Shown: piece by piece, positions 43,801 through 56,370 of the stretch
Layout of the letters: every line of letters starts with the position of its first letter
Numbering within the stretch: the stretch's first letter is position 1
Origin: Phyllobates terribilis
Taxonomy: Eukaryota
Length of the DNA stretch: 64,000 bases
Assembly (NCBI RefSeq): GCF_046119375.1
Contig: NW_027362763.1
Span: forward strand, 669,600,001 to 669,664,000
Direction of reading: 5' to 3'
Translations under genes and position numbers: made by a program
The notes under the pieces: generated by a model
Seen by the model: only the letters and a program-made list of their open reading frames with translations
Databases searched by the model: none
What the model was told of the DNA's origin: nothing

Positions 43801-46640
43801 AGGCGAGCTCACACACGTACCATGCCTGGCCCATGTGCGTAACCTCGTGGTTCAGCGGTTTCTCAAATCCTACCCGGAGTTTCCAGATCTGCTTGTTAAA
43901 GTACGCTGCCTGTGTGCCCATTTTAGAAAGTCACCTACAGCTTCCGCCGCCCTTGCCGTGTTTCAGCAGCGTTTGCAGCTTCTGGCTCACAGACTGGTAT
44001 GTGATGTCCCCACGTGTTGGAACTCTACACTGCAGATGTTGGGAAGGATTTGTTAGCAGAAGAGGGCAGCTGTTGAGTACCAGCATCAACAAGGCCGTCG
44101 GTATTCAGTACAGACTCCACACATAAGACCTCAGGAGTGGACATGGATGTCAGACATATGTACCATCCTCCAAAACTTTGAGGACTCCACCAAGATGGTG
44201 AGCGGCGATGACGCCATAATTAGCGTCACCATCCCGCTTCTCTGTCTTCTGAAACGCTCTCTGCTCACAATCAAAGAGGATGCATTGCAGGAAGAGCACG
44301 ATGAGATGGAGCAAGGAACAATACAGGGTGATTACACACAGCCCAGCCTCATCTCATCCCAACGTGGATTGGGTGACAATGAGGAAGAGGAGGAGGAAGA
44401 ATAGGAGCTAGTTTCATGCGCTATAGACGGTACTACCTGCACAACTGTCATACCGTCTTTTCAGCGTGGATGGCCAGAGGACAGAGAGGAGGAGGAGAGC
44501 ATGGTCAGTCATCCTCTTGGTGAGGACACAGAAGTCTTGCCTGTTAGCAGTCTGACATGCATGGCTGAGTTTATGTTACGCTGCCTTTCCCATGACCTTC
44601 GCATTATCAAAATTTTGGGTGACAGTCATTACTGGTTCGTGACACTTCTAGACCCACGCTACAAGGAGAACTTTATATCTCTTTTTCCTGAGGTGGACAG
44701 GTCTACAAAAATGGGGCAGTACCAGAAGGCCCTTGTTGCGGAACAATTAAAAAAATTCCCATCTGAAAACGCTGGCGGCAGAGGTCACAGTTCGTTGGAC
44801 AACCAAGGAGTACAGGCGAGAGACATAAATGCAATCCAGCAGAGGCAGGGGAACACTGTCAAAGTTCTGGGACAGTTTTCTCAGACCCTCCCATCGCACA
44901 GGCCCTGAGGTGCGGGGTACTCTCACAAGGAGTGCAAAGTTTGGGAAGATGCTGAGAAAGTACCTTGCCGACTGTACCAATGTCCTCCGTGATTCCTCTG
45001 TGCCTTATAATTATTGGGTATCCAAGCTGGATACGTGGAATGAACTGGCTCTCTATGCCTTGGAGGTCCTGGCCTGCCCTGCCGCCAGCGTTTTATCAGA
45101 ACGGGTTTTTAGTGCCGCTGTTGGAATTATAACTGATAAGCGCATCCGCCTGTCAACTGAACATGCTGACCGGCTGACTCTTATAAAAATGAACAAGGGC
45201 TGGAGTGGGCCAGACTTCTCAACACCACCGAATGATAGCGTAACATAAACTCAAATCCAGTGTCTTTTTTGGGGGAGGTGTATTCCTATGCACCTCTTCA
45301 CACCCACACATGGGTATACGCTTCCTTATTTTGGCTATTTGCTCCTTCTCCTCATCCTCATCCTCCACCACCATATCACCAGGGTGACCGTGGTCCGTGA
45401 TGCAAAACCCACATCATTTTTTTAAAGGGTGTTTATGATGCCCGTAAAAAATTTTTATACAGTATGTTCATGTATACCCCCCAGGGGTAAATGTTTGTCA
45501 GCCCATACACTTAGTGCATGGGCATTACCAGTATAGGAGACCCGCTCCTTTCTAATGGGAACATTTTTTTGTGAGGCCCTCTAAGTCTCTTCCAAGGGGC
45601 ATTGGAGTGCCTCCCAATTTTTGGCAGCCCTTGCATTCACTGCATAGGCCAACACTATGGGAGACCCTCTCCTTTCTAGTGGGAATTTGTCGTTACTGTG
45701 GCCTTGCTCTATGTGTCTTTAATTTCTTAGTGGGGTTTTTCCTAAATTCGGTCAGCCGTTGGACTCACTGCATACCCTATAACTGTATAGCAGACCCTCT
45801 CCTTTCTAATGGGAACATGTCGTGCTTGTTACTGTGGCCCTGCTCTATGTGTCTTTAAATTCTTAGTGGGGTTTTTCCTAAAATTGGTCAGCCGTTGGAC
45901 TCACTGTGTTATGGTTAATTTTTTATATCTAGCTTCATCATTTAGGAAAACAATCTATTCTATTAAGCCTCTGCTTAAAACTTGCATTGTGGAATGTCTG
46001 ACTAAGATACTGGTTTCCTGTGAATTACCTGACAAGAAGGTTTTACGTTGGGCCAAGGGAAGTGTGTTATCACTGATTGTCTATTTCGGTTTCCTGTTCA
46101 GTTGTATGTAACAATTGTAGTTCCATTTTTGTCTAGCTAATAAATGTGATGAGTCTTAGTTGCCACACAGAAGACTCTACCTGCTGACAATGCATGTCGC
46201 ATGTATTTTGTCTCTCTCCCTCTCTCCATCGATGAAGTATTTTAATTTGAATCTCACTGGCAATGTGAAGACCCTTTGCTGTCTATTCCAAAGTTCTCCC
46301 TAATAACAAAGAGGGTCATCATAACAACTGCATACCCAATAACTGTATAGCAGACCCTCTCCTTTCTAATGGGAACATGTCGTATTTGTTACTGTGGCCC
46401 TGCTCTATGTGTCTTTAAATTCTTAGTGGGGTTTTTCCTAAATTTGGTCAGCCGTTGGACTCACTGCATACCCTATAACTGTATAGCAGACTCTCTCCTT
46501 TCTAATGGTAATTTGTTGTTACTGTGGCCCTGCTCTATGTATCTTTAAATTCTTAGTGGGGTTTTTCCTAAATTTGGTCAGCCGTTGGACTCACTGCATA
46601 CCCTATAACTGTATAACAGACTCTCTCCTTTCTAATGGGA
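40893..46640 (+). mobile_element. Degenerate hAT (Ac-like) transposon, right TIR missing
   Basis: Left TIR TAGTGATGAGCGAGCATG. Frameshifted transposase at about 41996-45248 (VHLTVDTW-like region, VVCDNG, CLAHVRNLVVQRFL, DVPTCWNST, dimerisation motif LEVLACPAASVLSERVFSAA). Subterminal tandem arrays at about 41440-41950 and 45530-46640. Confidence 0.88.
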
Positions 46641-47631
46641 ATTTGTCGCCGTTTGTTCAGTCTTCATGGTTTATGTAAGCAACAGTTACCTTGTTGTATG
46701 ACAGGACTCTTACATGGTGACCTCTCGATGGAAGGAGTTTTCTTAGTGACTGCCTCACTGCTAAGAGCACTTTTAGGTTGAAAGAACCAGATTTTTCTTT
46801 CCTCATCCATTGGCCCTAAACCAGGAGATCTCCCATATGTGCACCCCATCCTTGAGGGGTTGCATCTGTTGAAATAACTCAAAATATCTGACTCATCCAG
46901 GGAATGCCCCTGGACAGGTTTTCGGTCTCTAACCATCAGAGGAGGGACTGAGTCGTTGTTGAAGAAAGAGTTTGTTTTACATCTAATCGCCCTTTCAGTG
47001 CATACTTGTTCACCAAGATATCACATCGTAACACACGAGTGTGTACCTGAGCCCAAGCTACTGCCGAAATGCAGGAGGTTAGAGTTCTTAACAACGACAT
47101 TGCCTTCCTTACAGTTGTGACCGGATTGCCTATCGATTTCAACACTTGGCAAGACACCTTCTTCTTCTCCTCTGGGAGATAACTCTGATTCACTGAACCT
47201 AAGAAAACACCAAGGAAAACCTGTACTCTCTTGGGCTCTTACCTTTATTTCTTGACATTGAGTAGCCAACCTAGACGTGTCAAGGCACACCTGATTTCTG
47301 CCATCTGAGTTCTGTAGTGCTTGACAGATCTGCCCACAATCATGAAATTGTCGTGGTAAAGTATCACCAGTGCATTTTTCTCTTGCAGGTCAGCAGTCAT
47401 CAATTTTCGTAAAGACTCGAGGGGCCACCGACAACCTGAAGAGAAGGGCCTGAAACTGAAAATACTTGATCCTCTTCCTCTACCCTCAGGAATTTTTGGT
47501 GTTCTACATGAATTGGAACGAGATAAAATGCATCATTTAAATCCAAGACTACCATATAGCAATCTGGAAATAGAAGTTTTATGATGAATCTTAAAGACTT
47601 TATCTTGAACGATCGATTTCTTTTTTATATA

Positions 47632-49261
47632 AAGTACAGACCAAAAGTTTGGACACACCTTCTCATTTAAAGATTTTTCTGTATTTTCATGACAATGAGA
47701 ATTGTACATTCACACTGAAGGCATCAAAACTATGAATTAACACATGTGGAATTATATACTTAACAAAAAAGTGTGAAACAACTGAAAATATGTCTTATAT
47801 TCTAGGTTCTTCAAAGTAGCCACCTTTTGCTTTGATGACTGCTTTGCACACTCTTGGCATTCTCTTGATGAGCTTCAAGAGGTAGTCACCGGAAATGATC
47901 TTCCAACAATCTTGAAGGAGTTCCCAGAGATGCTTAGCACTTGTTGGCCCTTTTGCCTTCACTCTGCGGTCCAGCTCACCCCAAACCATCTCGATTGGGT
48001 TCAGGTCTGGTGACTGTGGAGGCCAGGTCATCTGGCATAGCACCCCATCACTCTCCTTCTTGGTCAAATAACCCTTACACAGCCTGGAGGTGTGTTTGGA
48101 GTCATTGTCCTGTTGAAAAATAAATGATTGTCCAACTAAACGCAAACCGGATGGAATAGCATGCCGCTGCAAGATGCTGTTGTAGCCATGCTGATTCAGT
48201 ATGCCTTCAATTTTGAATAAATCCCCAACAGTGTCACCAGCAAAGCACCCCCCCACCATCACACCTCCTCCTCCATGCTTCACGGTGGGAACCAAGCATG
48301 TAGAGTCCATCCGTTCACCTTTTCTGCGTCGCACAAAGACACGGTGGTTGGAACCAAAGATCTCAAATTTGGACTCATCAGACCAAAGCACAGATTTCCA
48401 CTGGTCTAATGTCCATTCCTTGTGTTCTTTAGCCCAAACAAGTCTCTTCTGCTTGTTGCCTGTCCTTAGCAGTGGTTTCCTAGCAGCTATTTTACCATGA
48501 AGGCCTGCTGCACAAAGTCTCCTCTTAACAGTTGTTGTAGAGATGTGTCTGCTGCTAGAACTCTGTGTGGGATTGACCTGGTCTCTAATCTGAGCTGCTG
48601 TTAACCTGCGATTTCTGAGGCTGGTGACTCGGATAAACTTATCCTCAGAAGCAGAGGTGACTCTTGGTCTTCCTTTCCTGGGGCGGTCCTCATGTGAGCC
48701 AGTTTCTTTATAGCGCTTGATGGTTTTTGCAACTGCACTTGGGGACACTTTCAAAGTTTTCCCAATTTTTCGGACTGATTGACCTTCATTTCTTAAAGTA
48801 ATGATGGCCACTCGTTTTTCTTTACTTAGCTGCTTTTTTCTTGCCATAATACAAATTCTAACAGTCTATTCAGTAGGACTATCAGCTGTGTATCCACCTG
48901 ACTTCTGCACAACACAACTGATGGTCCCAACCCCTTTTATAAGGCAAGAAATCCCACTTATTAAACCTGACAGTGCACACCTGTGAAGTGAAAACCATTT
49001 CCGGTGACTACCTCTTGAAGCTCATCAAGAGAATGCCAAGAGTGTGCAAAGCAGTCATCAAAGCAAAAGGTGGCTACTTTGAAGAACCTAGAATATAAGA
49101 CATATTTTCAGTTGTTTCACACTTTTTTGTTAAGTATATAATTCCACATGTGTTAATTCATAGTTTTGATGCCTTCAGTGTGAATGCACAATTTTCATAG
49201 TCATGAAAATATAGAAAAATCTTTAAATGAGAAGGTGTGTCCAAACTTTTGGTCTGTACTG
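47632..49261 (-). mobile_element. Full-length Tc1-superfamily transposon (DD38E), 266-bp TIRs, TA TSD
   Basis: TIRs at 47632-47897 and 48996-49261 ((C/A)AGTACAGACCAAAAGTTTGGACACACC...), with TA on both sides. Confidence 0.95.
47795..48847 (-). CDS. Tc1-type transposase, 350 aa, uninterrupted, DD38E
   Basis: HTH and GRPR motifs, WSDESK, FQQDND, SPDLNPIE; 38 residues between the second catalytic D and E. Confidence 0.93.
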   Translation of the reverse strand: MARKKQLSKEKRVAIITLRNEGQSVRKIGKTLKVSPSAVAKTIKRYKETGSHEDRPRKGRPRVTSASEDKFIRVTSLRNRRLTAAQIRDQVNPTQSSSSRHISTTTVKRRLCAAGLHGKIAARKPLLRTGNKQKRLVWAKEHKEWTLDQWKSVLWSDESKFEIFGSNHRVFVRRRKGERMDSTCLVPTVKHGGGGVMVGGCFAGDTVGDLFKIEGILNQHGYNSILQRHAIPSGLRLVGQSFIFQQDNDSKHTSRLCKGYLTKKESDGVLCQMTWPPQSPDLNPIEMVWGELDRRVKAKGPTSAKHLWELLQDCWKIISGDYLLKLIKRMPRVCKAVIKAKGGYFEEPRI

Positions 49262-49559
49262 TATATAACTGAGTTTTATAGAATTTTTCAAATATAAAAT
49301 TACAGAAAGACAACATAAAGAATACCCAAAGTATTAGCAAACACTACATCTTAGTTTGACTTGGTAATCTATCAGTAACAGGAAATGAACTCAACACTGA
49401 AGAACCCATATCCTGCAGCAGACATTAAACCTGGACAAAGACAAGACATATAAGACAAGACAGTTCCTTTACACCCAGTATGTGTTCCATTGAGTCCAGA
49501 CCACTTTGAAACTTTCAGTCGTCTTATTCAATAGAGCAGTGAGATATTTGTGAGATATT

Positions 49560-52110
49560 TGTGACGCCCACCCTGGACAAAAGGGTTTTACTCGGTGCCG
49601 GGCCGGTGGATGGTGTGGGGTGATGTCGTCGTGGCCATGGCCCGGTCCATGGCCCGGGGCTGTCACTCAAAAGGATTGGGCTTGGGGTGTTTGATTCGAC
49701 TACGCCACCTGTGGTGTCTGGTGAAGGTCACCAGCGCTGCAACAGTCCTCTGAGGCCGGTGTTCTGGCATTCTGGCAGCTCGGTTGGTACTACTCCCCAC
49801 AGGCGGAGTAGGCCTCAGGGCAGAAGAATGTACTGTAGTGCTATGGTGGGTGCAGTGCCGCGGAGAAATGAGCAAGCGGAGGCAGTAGTTGAAGTCACCC
49901 AAGTCTTTACTCACTTTGATGAATTATCAGCTGCAAAGCTTCTCTCTGCTTCACGCGGTTTACTGCGGCCACCAGGAAGGGGTTCAGCACTTTCCAGGGA
50001 TATCAGGAGCACCTGTCAAGACCCCGCTAGTGTGTTCCTCTCCTTCCTCTCTTCTCCCGCCTAGTGTCTCTCAACTGTGTCCCTTACTGGCGACGTGTGG
50101 TGAGTACATGGCGTAAGGCTGGGTCCCTCTGGATGAACTCAGATTAAGAAATACAGGTGGCGACTCCTCTCCTTCTGTATCTGACTCGCCCCCTGGGCCG
50201 TGGGGCACCCGGGACCAGGCTTCTGTGCGATGCTGGGGGCAGTAGTGGCAACCCGATCCCGTGGCTCAGGGTGGTCAGACCAAATGCTGTGGCAGTCTAT
50301 TTATCAGTGTTTTGAATGTCCGACTACGCCACCCGTGGATTGCGATCAGGGATGACCGCCGCTGCAAGGCAAACCGCTGAGGCTGGTGTTGGTGTGCAGC
50401 ACAGGGATAGGATAACTCCCCACGGGAAGAGTGTAGCCTCAGGGCAATGTAGGTGGATGCTGGGGGTGATGGTGCAGGCGCAGCATAAATCACACAGAGT
50501 CCAATGGTGCAGTTCAGGCCTTTTACTCACAGTTGATATCCAAGTCACCTCTGTCAGCAATGATTGACCAAGCCGTGCAACGTCCACCAGGTGAGGGGCT
50601 CAGTCAACCCCCAGGCAACTCAGGAGTGTGGCACACAACCCCCTTCTATCCTTTCCCTGGCCTCTCGTGCCCCACCAGTGACCACGCTTCTGTCCGGCTG
50701 CCTCGGGCCTTCTCTGGTAAAACTTGGCGCCAGTTTCCCTGACCCTATGTGGTGACTTCCTAGCGGGTGTAGCAAGGGGTCGCACCAATAAATGATCACG
50801 ACCTCCGGTTCTTGGCTGAGGGATGATTTACCTCCACCAACTTGGGAATCCGGTACCCTTCCGCGGCCTGACCCTTCACCCGATATAACGCGGGCTTGCA
50901 ACGGTTGCTGTCCGTTCTGCTCTCTTAGGGTCCCTTCTGCCTTCTTGTTTCTGGAGCCTTTCTACTCATCTGTCTCTCCTCTTTCCTTCCTTCTCCTTCT
51001 CCTCTTCTCCTCTCTGGCCCGGCCTTCTCTCCAGGCCTGCCTCGTGGAGCTGAGCTCAGGCTGAGCCACAGCTCCCTGTCAGCTCTGGCTGAACTACTTC
51101 TGAGAACCGAACTCTCCCACTCTCCACTCTCTTCTGACTTAAAATGGCTCCCACCTTTTATCTACCTCTCTGTGTCTGAGCTCAGGTGACCTGCACCCAA
51201 TGAGCTCCTTCCTATGCTCCAGAAACCGTCCCCTCTGCTCCTACATCACTGGATTCTCTCCCCCCTCCCCACTCCAGCCAGGGACATGGTCAGTTGTGCC
51301 TGCATAAATGGGAGCACGGTTGAGCTGTCCCCCGGAAATGGGGTGAGTGTGTGTATGCAGCTAACTGAGCCCTGGTCCACACTCCATCCTTACCTGGGAG
51401 TGGAATATCACACCTCTGGTTGAGGTGCAATACCCCTGTGGCAACCGAACCCTCGGGGCCCCACATATCCCTCTGGGATCCACTAAGCCTCCGGGCTTTT
51501 CCAACAGTGACATGAAGTACAAAGTCGGATATCGGGAACCGGTTACCCCTCTTGCGGCAGGAGTTCTCCGGCTAGGCCAGAATGAGGTGTACAGGTGGCG
51601 ACTCCGCTCCGTCCATACACCCTGGGTTCCTTTAGCCTGTGGAGCCTATCGCCTCTGCTCCCCTCCTGGGCCTTCTTAGAACAGGACCCTGACCGGGCAA
51701 AGACACTTGTTAACTCTGTCCCGCTCCTCATCTCCAGGCCTGAGACTGAGGACCGTGAATCTTCAGCCAGCTACAGGACTCTTGCTGGACCCCCGACTGA
51801 AGACCCACAATCAAAGACCTTAAATATAAGATGGCCTCCTAATATATATGATACTATTAAGTGCGCTGGTGTTTCCTCCACACTCACTCACTACCTGGTT
51901 CCCCCTCACTTTGGTTCCCCCCAACTCCACTATTCCGGCCCGAGGCAGCACCCTGGTGCATTTAGGCCCCCTACAGAACTGGAGTGGTGTAGTGTTGAGT
52001 GCGTGGTTGGGGTCCTGTGCAGTGTTCCATCCTTACCTGAAGGAGGAGATACCACACCTCAATCTGAGGTGCAGTACCCCTGTGGCGACTGAACCCTCAG
52101 GGGCGCCACA
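49560..52110. mobile_element. Solo LTR A (about 1263 bp net), related to the LTRs at 17124/20422
   Basis: TGTGACGCCC...GAACCCTCAGGGGCGCCACA with TATT TSD (49556-49559 / 52111-52114). Shares TACGCCACCTGTGGTGTCTGGTGA and GGGATCCACT.AGCCTCCGGGC blocks with the 17124 LTR. Confidence 0.88.
50182..51465. mobile_element. Solo LTR B (1284 bp) nested in solo LTR A
   Basis: TGACTCGCCCC...GAACCCTCGGGGCCCCACA with TATC TSD (50178-50181 / 51466-51469). LTR A sequence resumes in register after it. Confidence 0.85.
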
Positions 52111-54999
52111 TATTCCATACTTCGTATGTCTTGAATACGCGAGTGCAACTCATCATTTAAAGGGGGTTGAGTTGATTTCCACTTACACGCTATCAAACAT
52201 CTACCAGCCGTGGACACATGAAGCAAAAGTTGTCGAGTTTTGCGGTTAAACTGAAATGGCGTGAAATTGAGTAAGTAAAATTTAGGATGAAGTGGTATCT
52301 GAAGACCCGCAACCTTTAAAAAAAGGAGCTTTAATAGATTTCCAAAAGCCTTGAATACCCGTACAAGCCTAGAATAAATGAGGCAAGTCCCCCTCAGTGT
52401 TACCACATCTCCAACAGCAGCTACTGATATTAGGGTTAAGTTTAGGTAATAGAGAGGGGGTATGACAACAAAACATGAGTAGTTTATATGGATTTTCCCT
52501 ATAGGTGAAACATGTGGAGGTCTTAGCTGTACTCCTCCAGACTGCTTGCCAGGTACCAGGAGGCAAGGATTCCAGCAGAAATATCTCTCCAACTTATATA
52601 TGGGTGAATCGAGAGATCGTCTACATATGGGTTACGTCCAAATGATCTGATTCTTAAGAATCTGTTTAGCCTTGAGCAAGATTATTGTTGTCCTGAAAGT
52701 CAAGTAGAAGTCTTTTTCTTTCTCTTCTCCTGGGACCTCTCTGAGGGTGGATTTTTTTTTTACTAACTCTCGGACTTCTTCCTCCAGAGTCGGCTGTTCC
52801 CTCAGAGAATTCCGGGCCTTTGTTACCTCAAAATTCCGCAGGGGAACATCTAGAAACTCTAACCTTAGGCCTGATTCTATAATATTGAGAACCCAGCTGT
52901 TTGATGAAATCTGTGTCCAGGCAATTAAAAAAAAAAAGACAGTCTTGCCCCTACCTGGGGTATGGTATCACTGTGCAGGTTTTTGCCCCTCCAAGGAGGG
53001 TCCCCCAAACATGCAGCCTCTGCCTTTTTTTCCTCTGGTCCCTCAACTTGTCTTGGTCTCTTGGGGGCTTTTTCGACTGTATCTCCTTTGAAAAGTTTAT
53101 ACTATAGCAATACTAAATTAGGGAAGCCTTTCTTATTGTCACCTGCTTTTTTTAAGATGTCATCCAATACTGGGCCAAACAGGTATTCTCAGTGAGAAGG
53201 AATGGAACAGTCTAGAGTTTGATAGGATGTCTCCTGGCCAGCACTTCAACCACAGAGCGCGACGAGTCGTATAAGATAGAGCAGAAGACTTGGCTGCTAA
53301 CCACACTGTGTCTGCTGAAGCAACAGCCAAGAATGCTGCCGCCCTCTGCATCATAGGATAGCGGCGAGGATACTTTTCCTTGCTATCTTATTATTTAGCT
53401 TGCTTTCCATGCAGTCCAGCCATACCATCATTGCCGTATATGTTGCTGCAATGGCTGGTTTAAAGGAATCCGCTGTAGACTTCTAAGGTCTCCTTAAGAG
53501 ACCATCCGCCTTCCTATCAAGGGGGTCTTTTACAGCTCAAATACTGTCAAAGGAGAATGCATATTTCCTAGATGCTTTTCAAATGGCCACAACAATTTTT
53601 GGAGCTTTATCCTATATAGCCCAGGAGTCTTCCTCGAAGGGATATTTGCGTTTTGAGGCTTATAGCAAGAACCCTTTCCTTTTCAGGTTTTCACTCTCTT
53701 TTGAAAAGAGATAGAACATTATCATTAACAGGAATGTCTTAGAATCTATGTTGTTTTACTTTTCGGCCATCTTTTTGTGGTTTGCTGACTTCTAGTCTTT
53801 TCCTCTGGTGCTGGGTATCTTGGTCACGTGATCTCCTCACTCTTCATTACTCAGCACCTGTCTCCCATTCCTCGCTGGACATCAGTGTTGTTACGCTTGT
53901 GTTCTGGCTAAGTTGCCTTGTTAGTTCTTTGTGCTTAGGACTTAGTTCAGTGCAGGATCGTCGGTGGGGCTATTCACAAGGAAGAGGGCACCCACCCCAG
54001 CGTAGGGTTTAAGCGGAGTCTCAGAGCAGGGACAGCTCCCCCCCTCCCCATTCTTTAGTTCCTAGTTGCAGAACATAACAGAAAGCTTCAAAGTTTACGC
54101 TGCGCCAACCCACCAGACATTATGTCCTGAATGGATTTTGGAGCCTTGGGTTCTTCTACGTCCATAGTGGACCTAATAGCTTTAATCAGCTTGTCAGTGT
54201 CTACAATAGGAAAACACGGACGACCATCTTCCCCTTCAAACCAAAGAGGAAAAAGTAGAAGAAGACATATACTCCCCCCCCTCTGACAAGACCAGCTGAT
54301 CTGAATCCGAAGATACAACTCTGGGGTTCCTTATCTTTCCTCCATTAGCCTCTTTAAGGTAAATTAGGGACCTAAGAGAACTCTTATTTCTCCTTTAATT
54401 AACGATCTTATATCCAAAGTGAAGTTAGGGGATTCCTCAGAAAGACTTTTCTATGCAAAACTGACATAATCTCTTCTCTCATGAACTTGGTAACCTCCCC
54501 TTACATAGTACATATTCCCTGTGCTTGCTTTTTTGCCACAGATTTCCTAGGTATTTTCTAAATAAGAAATGCGACAAGAAAAACCCTATTACAAGGTGTA
54601 CATTCATGGAGGTCACTTAACACTCAGGAACAGTTTAGGTACCGGATTAGGAAGTGGAATCATTTCTACTGGAGGCCACCACTGCCATTCCTCCGCACTC
54701 CAGCCAATTTCCCCCAGGGAATTGCTGCGACGCTTCCAGGACCCACTTGCTGCGGCTGCAGCAGTACCAGACCACGACTGGACCAGGGCCTGGGTAAGTA
54801 GTTCTCAATGTCCCACGACAATCATTCCCCTGGACGAACTCTAGGGTGTAGGTTCTCCCTCCAAGAACAGGAAACCAACTGATGTGTTGGAGAGGCTTGC
54901 ACTTTTATTTTGCAGGTTTCCTGTCCTTGAAGGGCGGATCCTCGCTTCCTGTAGGTGCCGCCATGGATGATAAGAAAAGAGTACTATTTGGCTTTTGGA

Positions 55000-56370
55000 A
55001 TCCAGATTTTATGTGAATATTTTGTGGGCGCCATATCCAGAGCTCGAGAGGTGCCAGAACAGCAGGAACCCCAATTTGTAAACTACTCTGCTAAAGGAAT
55101 TTATCTAGGGTTGTAGTGAGTAATGTATGTTATATTAGCTGCAAATTTTTCATTTTCACAAGTGTTAATAGGAGAAAAACTAACACCAAAATTTGTTACT
55201 CAATTTCTCCTGGCTGTGATGATACCTCATATGTTGTCGGAAACGACTGGATACACGACAAGCCTCTGAAGGGAAGACGTGCCATTAACTTTTAGAATTC
55301 AGATTTTGCTGGAATAGTTTGTGGGCGCCATTTGCAGAACTACTAAAAGTTCCAGAAGAGCAGAAACTCCAAACAGTGACCCCTTTTTGGAAACTAGACT
55401 CCTTGATTAATTCATTTACCGGTCAAGTAACCAATATGTCAAGTGCTTTCCAGAAAAAAAAAAAAAAAGCACACAGTGGATGTTGTAGAGTGAAAATTGT
55501 GAATACGTCAGCTTAGTGGCCATACATTGTGGCCAGTTGGTGCTTCTAGAGACTCGTACCCCATCAGTTATTAAAGTGCTTCCTGCTACAGTAATAGCTA
55601 ACGTGGAGGATAGCTGTGATTTTGGCACACTGTGGGGATAAGAAGGAGGGGGCATTTGGATTCATTAGTGCAGATTTCGCTGTATTTTTTTTGGGGGAGG
55701 GGTCCATGTCACATTTCCAGAGCTTTTGTACTACCAGTAATGCGGAAACTCTCTCTGAGTGAGAGGTTGTTTTTGTGTGGGATGAGTTGAAGTTTAAATT
55801 TATACCATTTTGGGGTAGAAAGCATGTGCTGATCTCATTTATCCTGTGCTCTACGCTGAGCCCTCACGTCGGTGTTTCCATTCTAAGTCCCAAAAAAATG
55901 CGATCTAGTCTAAGCCCCCGATGCAGCCATTCACTATAATGAGGGAAGAGGAAATCACTTGGACTCCCGTTGGTCTTCTGTTCCAGCGGTGTCCCGTCTT
56001 TGTAGGCATTATGGTTGGCCACCCTTTTGTGCGTTAAGAAAATGGACCCCTATGAAACAGAGGGTAGACAGGGTCCATTGTTATTCCACCGTTGCCTCGT
56101 TATAATGAATGATTTAATCTGAGTTGCATTAGACAGAAACTTCAAGGTAAGTGCTCAGCTTAAATGTGAACTGAGCCTTATTCTGATTTTTAGGAGGCAG
56201 AATGAACAATTTAACTCCATTCACCCTGTGGTATAAGTGATGCCAGCTTCGCTCTTCAGGACAGTACCATTACAACGATGCCAGATTTCTTTAAGTTTTT
56301 TTTTAATGTTTTTCTACTTTTGCGCACTAAACGAAATTTGATTAAAAAAAAAATAAAAAAAAAATTTTCT
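55000..56370. mobile_element. Degraded T2/Kolobok-like internal fragments
   Basis: Blocks such as CAAACAGTGACCCCTTTTTGGAAACTAGAC and GAATTCAGATTTTGCTGG resemble internal segments of the 56377-60043 element in reverse. Boundaries uncertain. Confidence 0.45.

Larger units (their letters stand above)
47618..52595 (-). mobile_element. 5'-truncated L1 3' fragment (ORF2 CCHC, C-terminus, 3' UTR, A-rich tail) hosting a Tc1 and two nested solo LTRs
   Basis: SSCCWRCGNTEGDLPHLF at about 52370-52430. ELHSRIQDIRSME on one side of the LTR nest joins LTALLNKTTESFKVVWTQWNTYWV* (49469-49540) on the other. A-rich tail at about 47618-47630. Confidence 0.75.
46640..54978 (-). mobile_element. Degenerate DIRS-like retrotransposon interrupted by a 5-kb nested insertion; tyrosine recombinase part not seen
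   Basis: Terminus TTTTCTTATCATCCATGGCGGCACC at about 54978. ORF1 pieces at 54088-54318 and 53160-53354. RT N-terminus AWTQISSNSWVLNIIESGLRLEF at about 52850-52920. RT continues after the insertion as LLFPDCYMVVLDLNDAF (about 47520-47617). RNase H remnant TDASPQGWGAH..VAYIN at 46664-46936. Confidence 0.82.
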
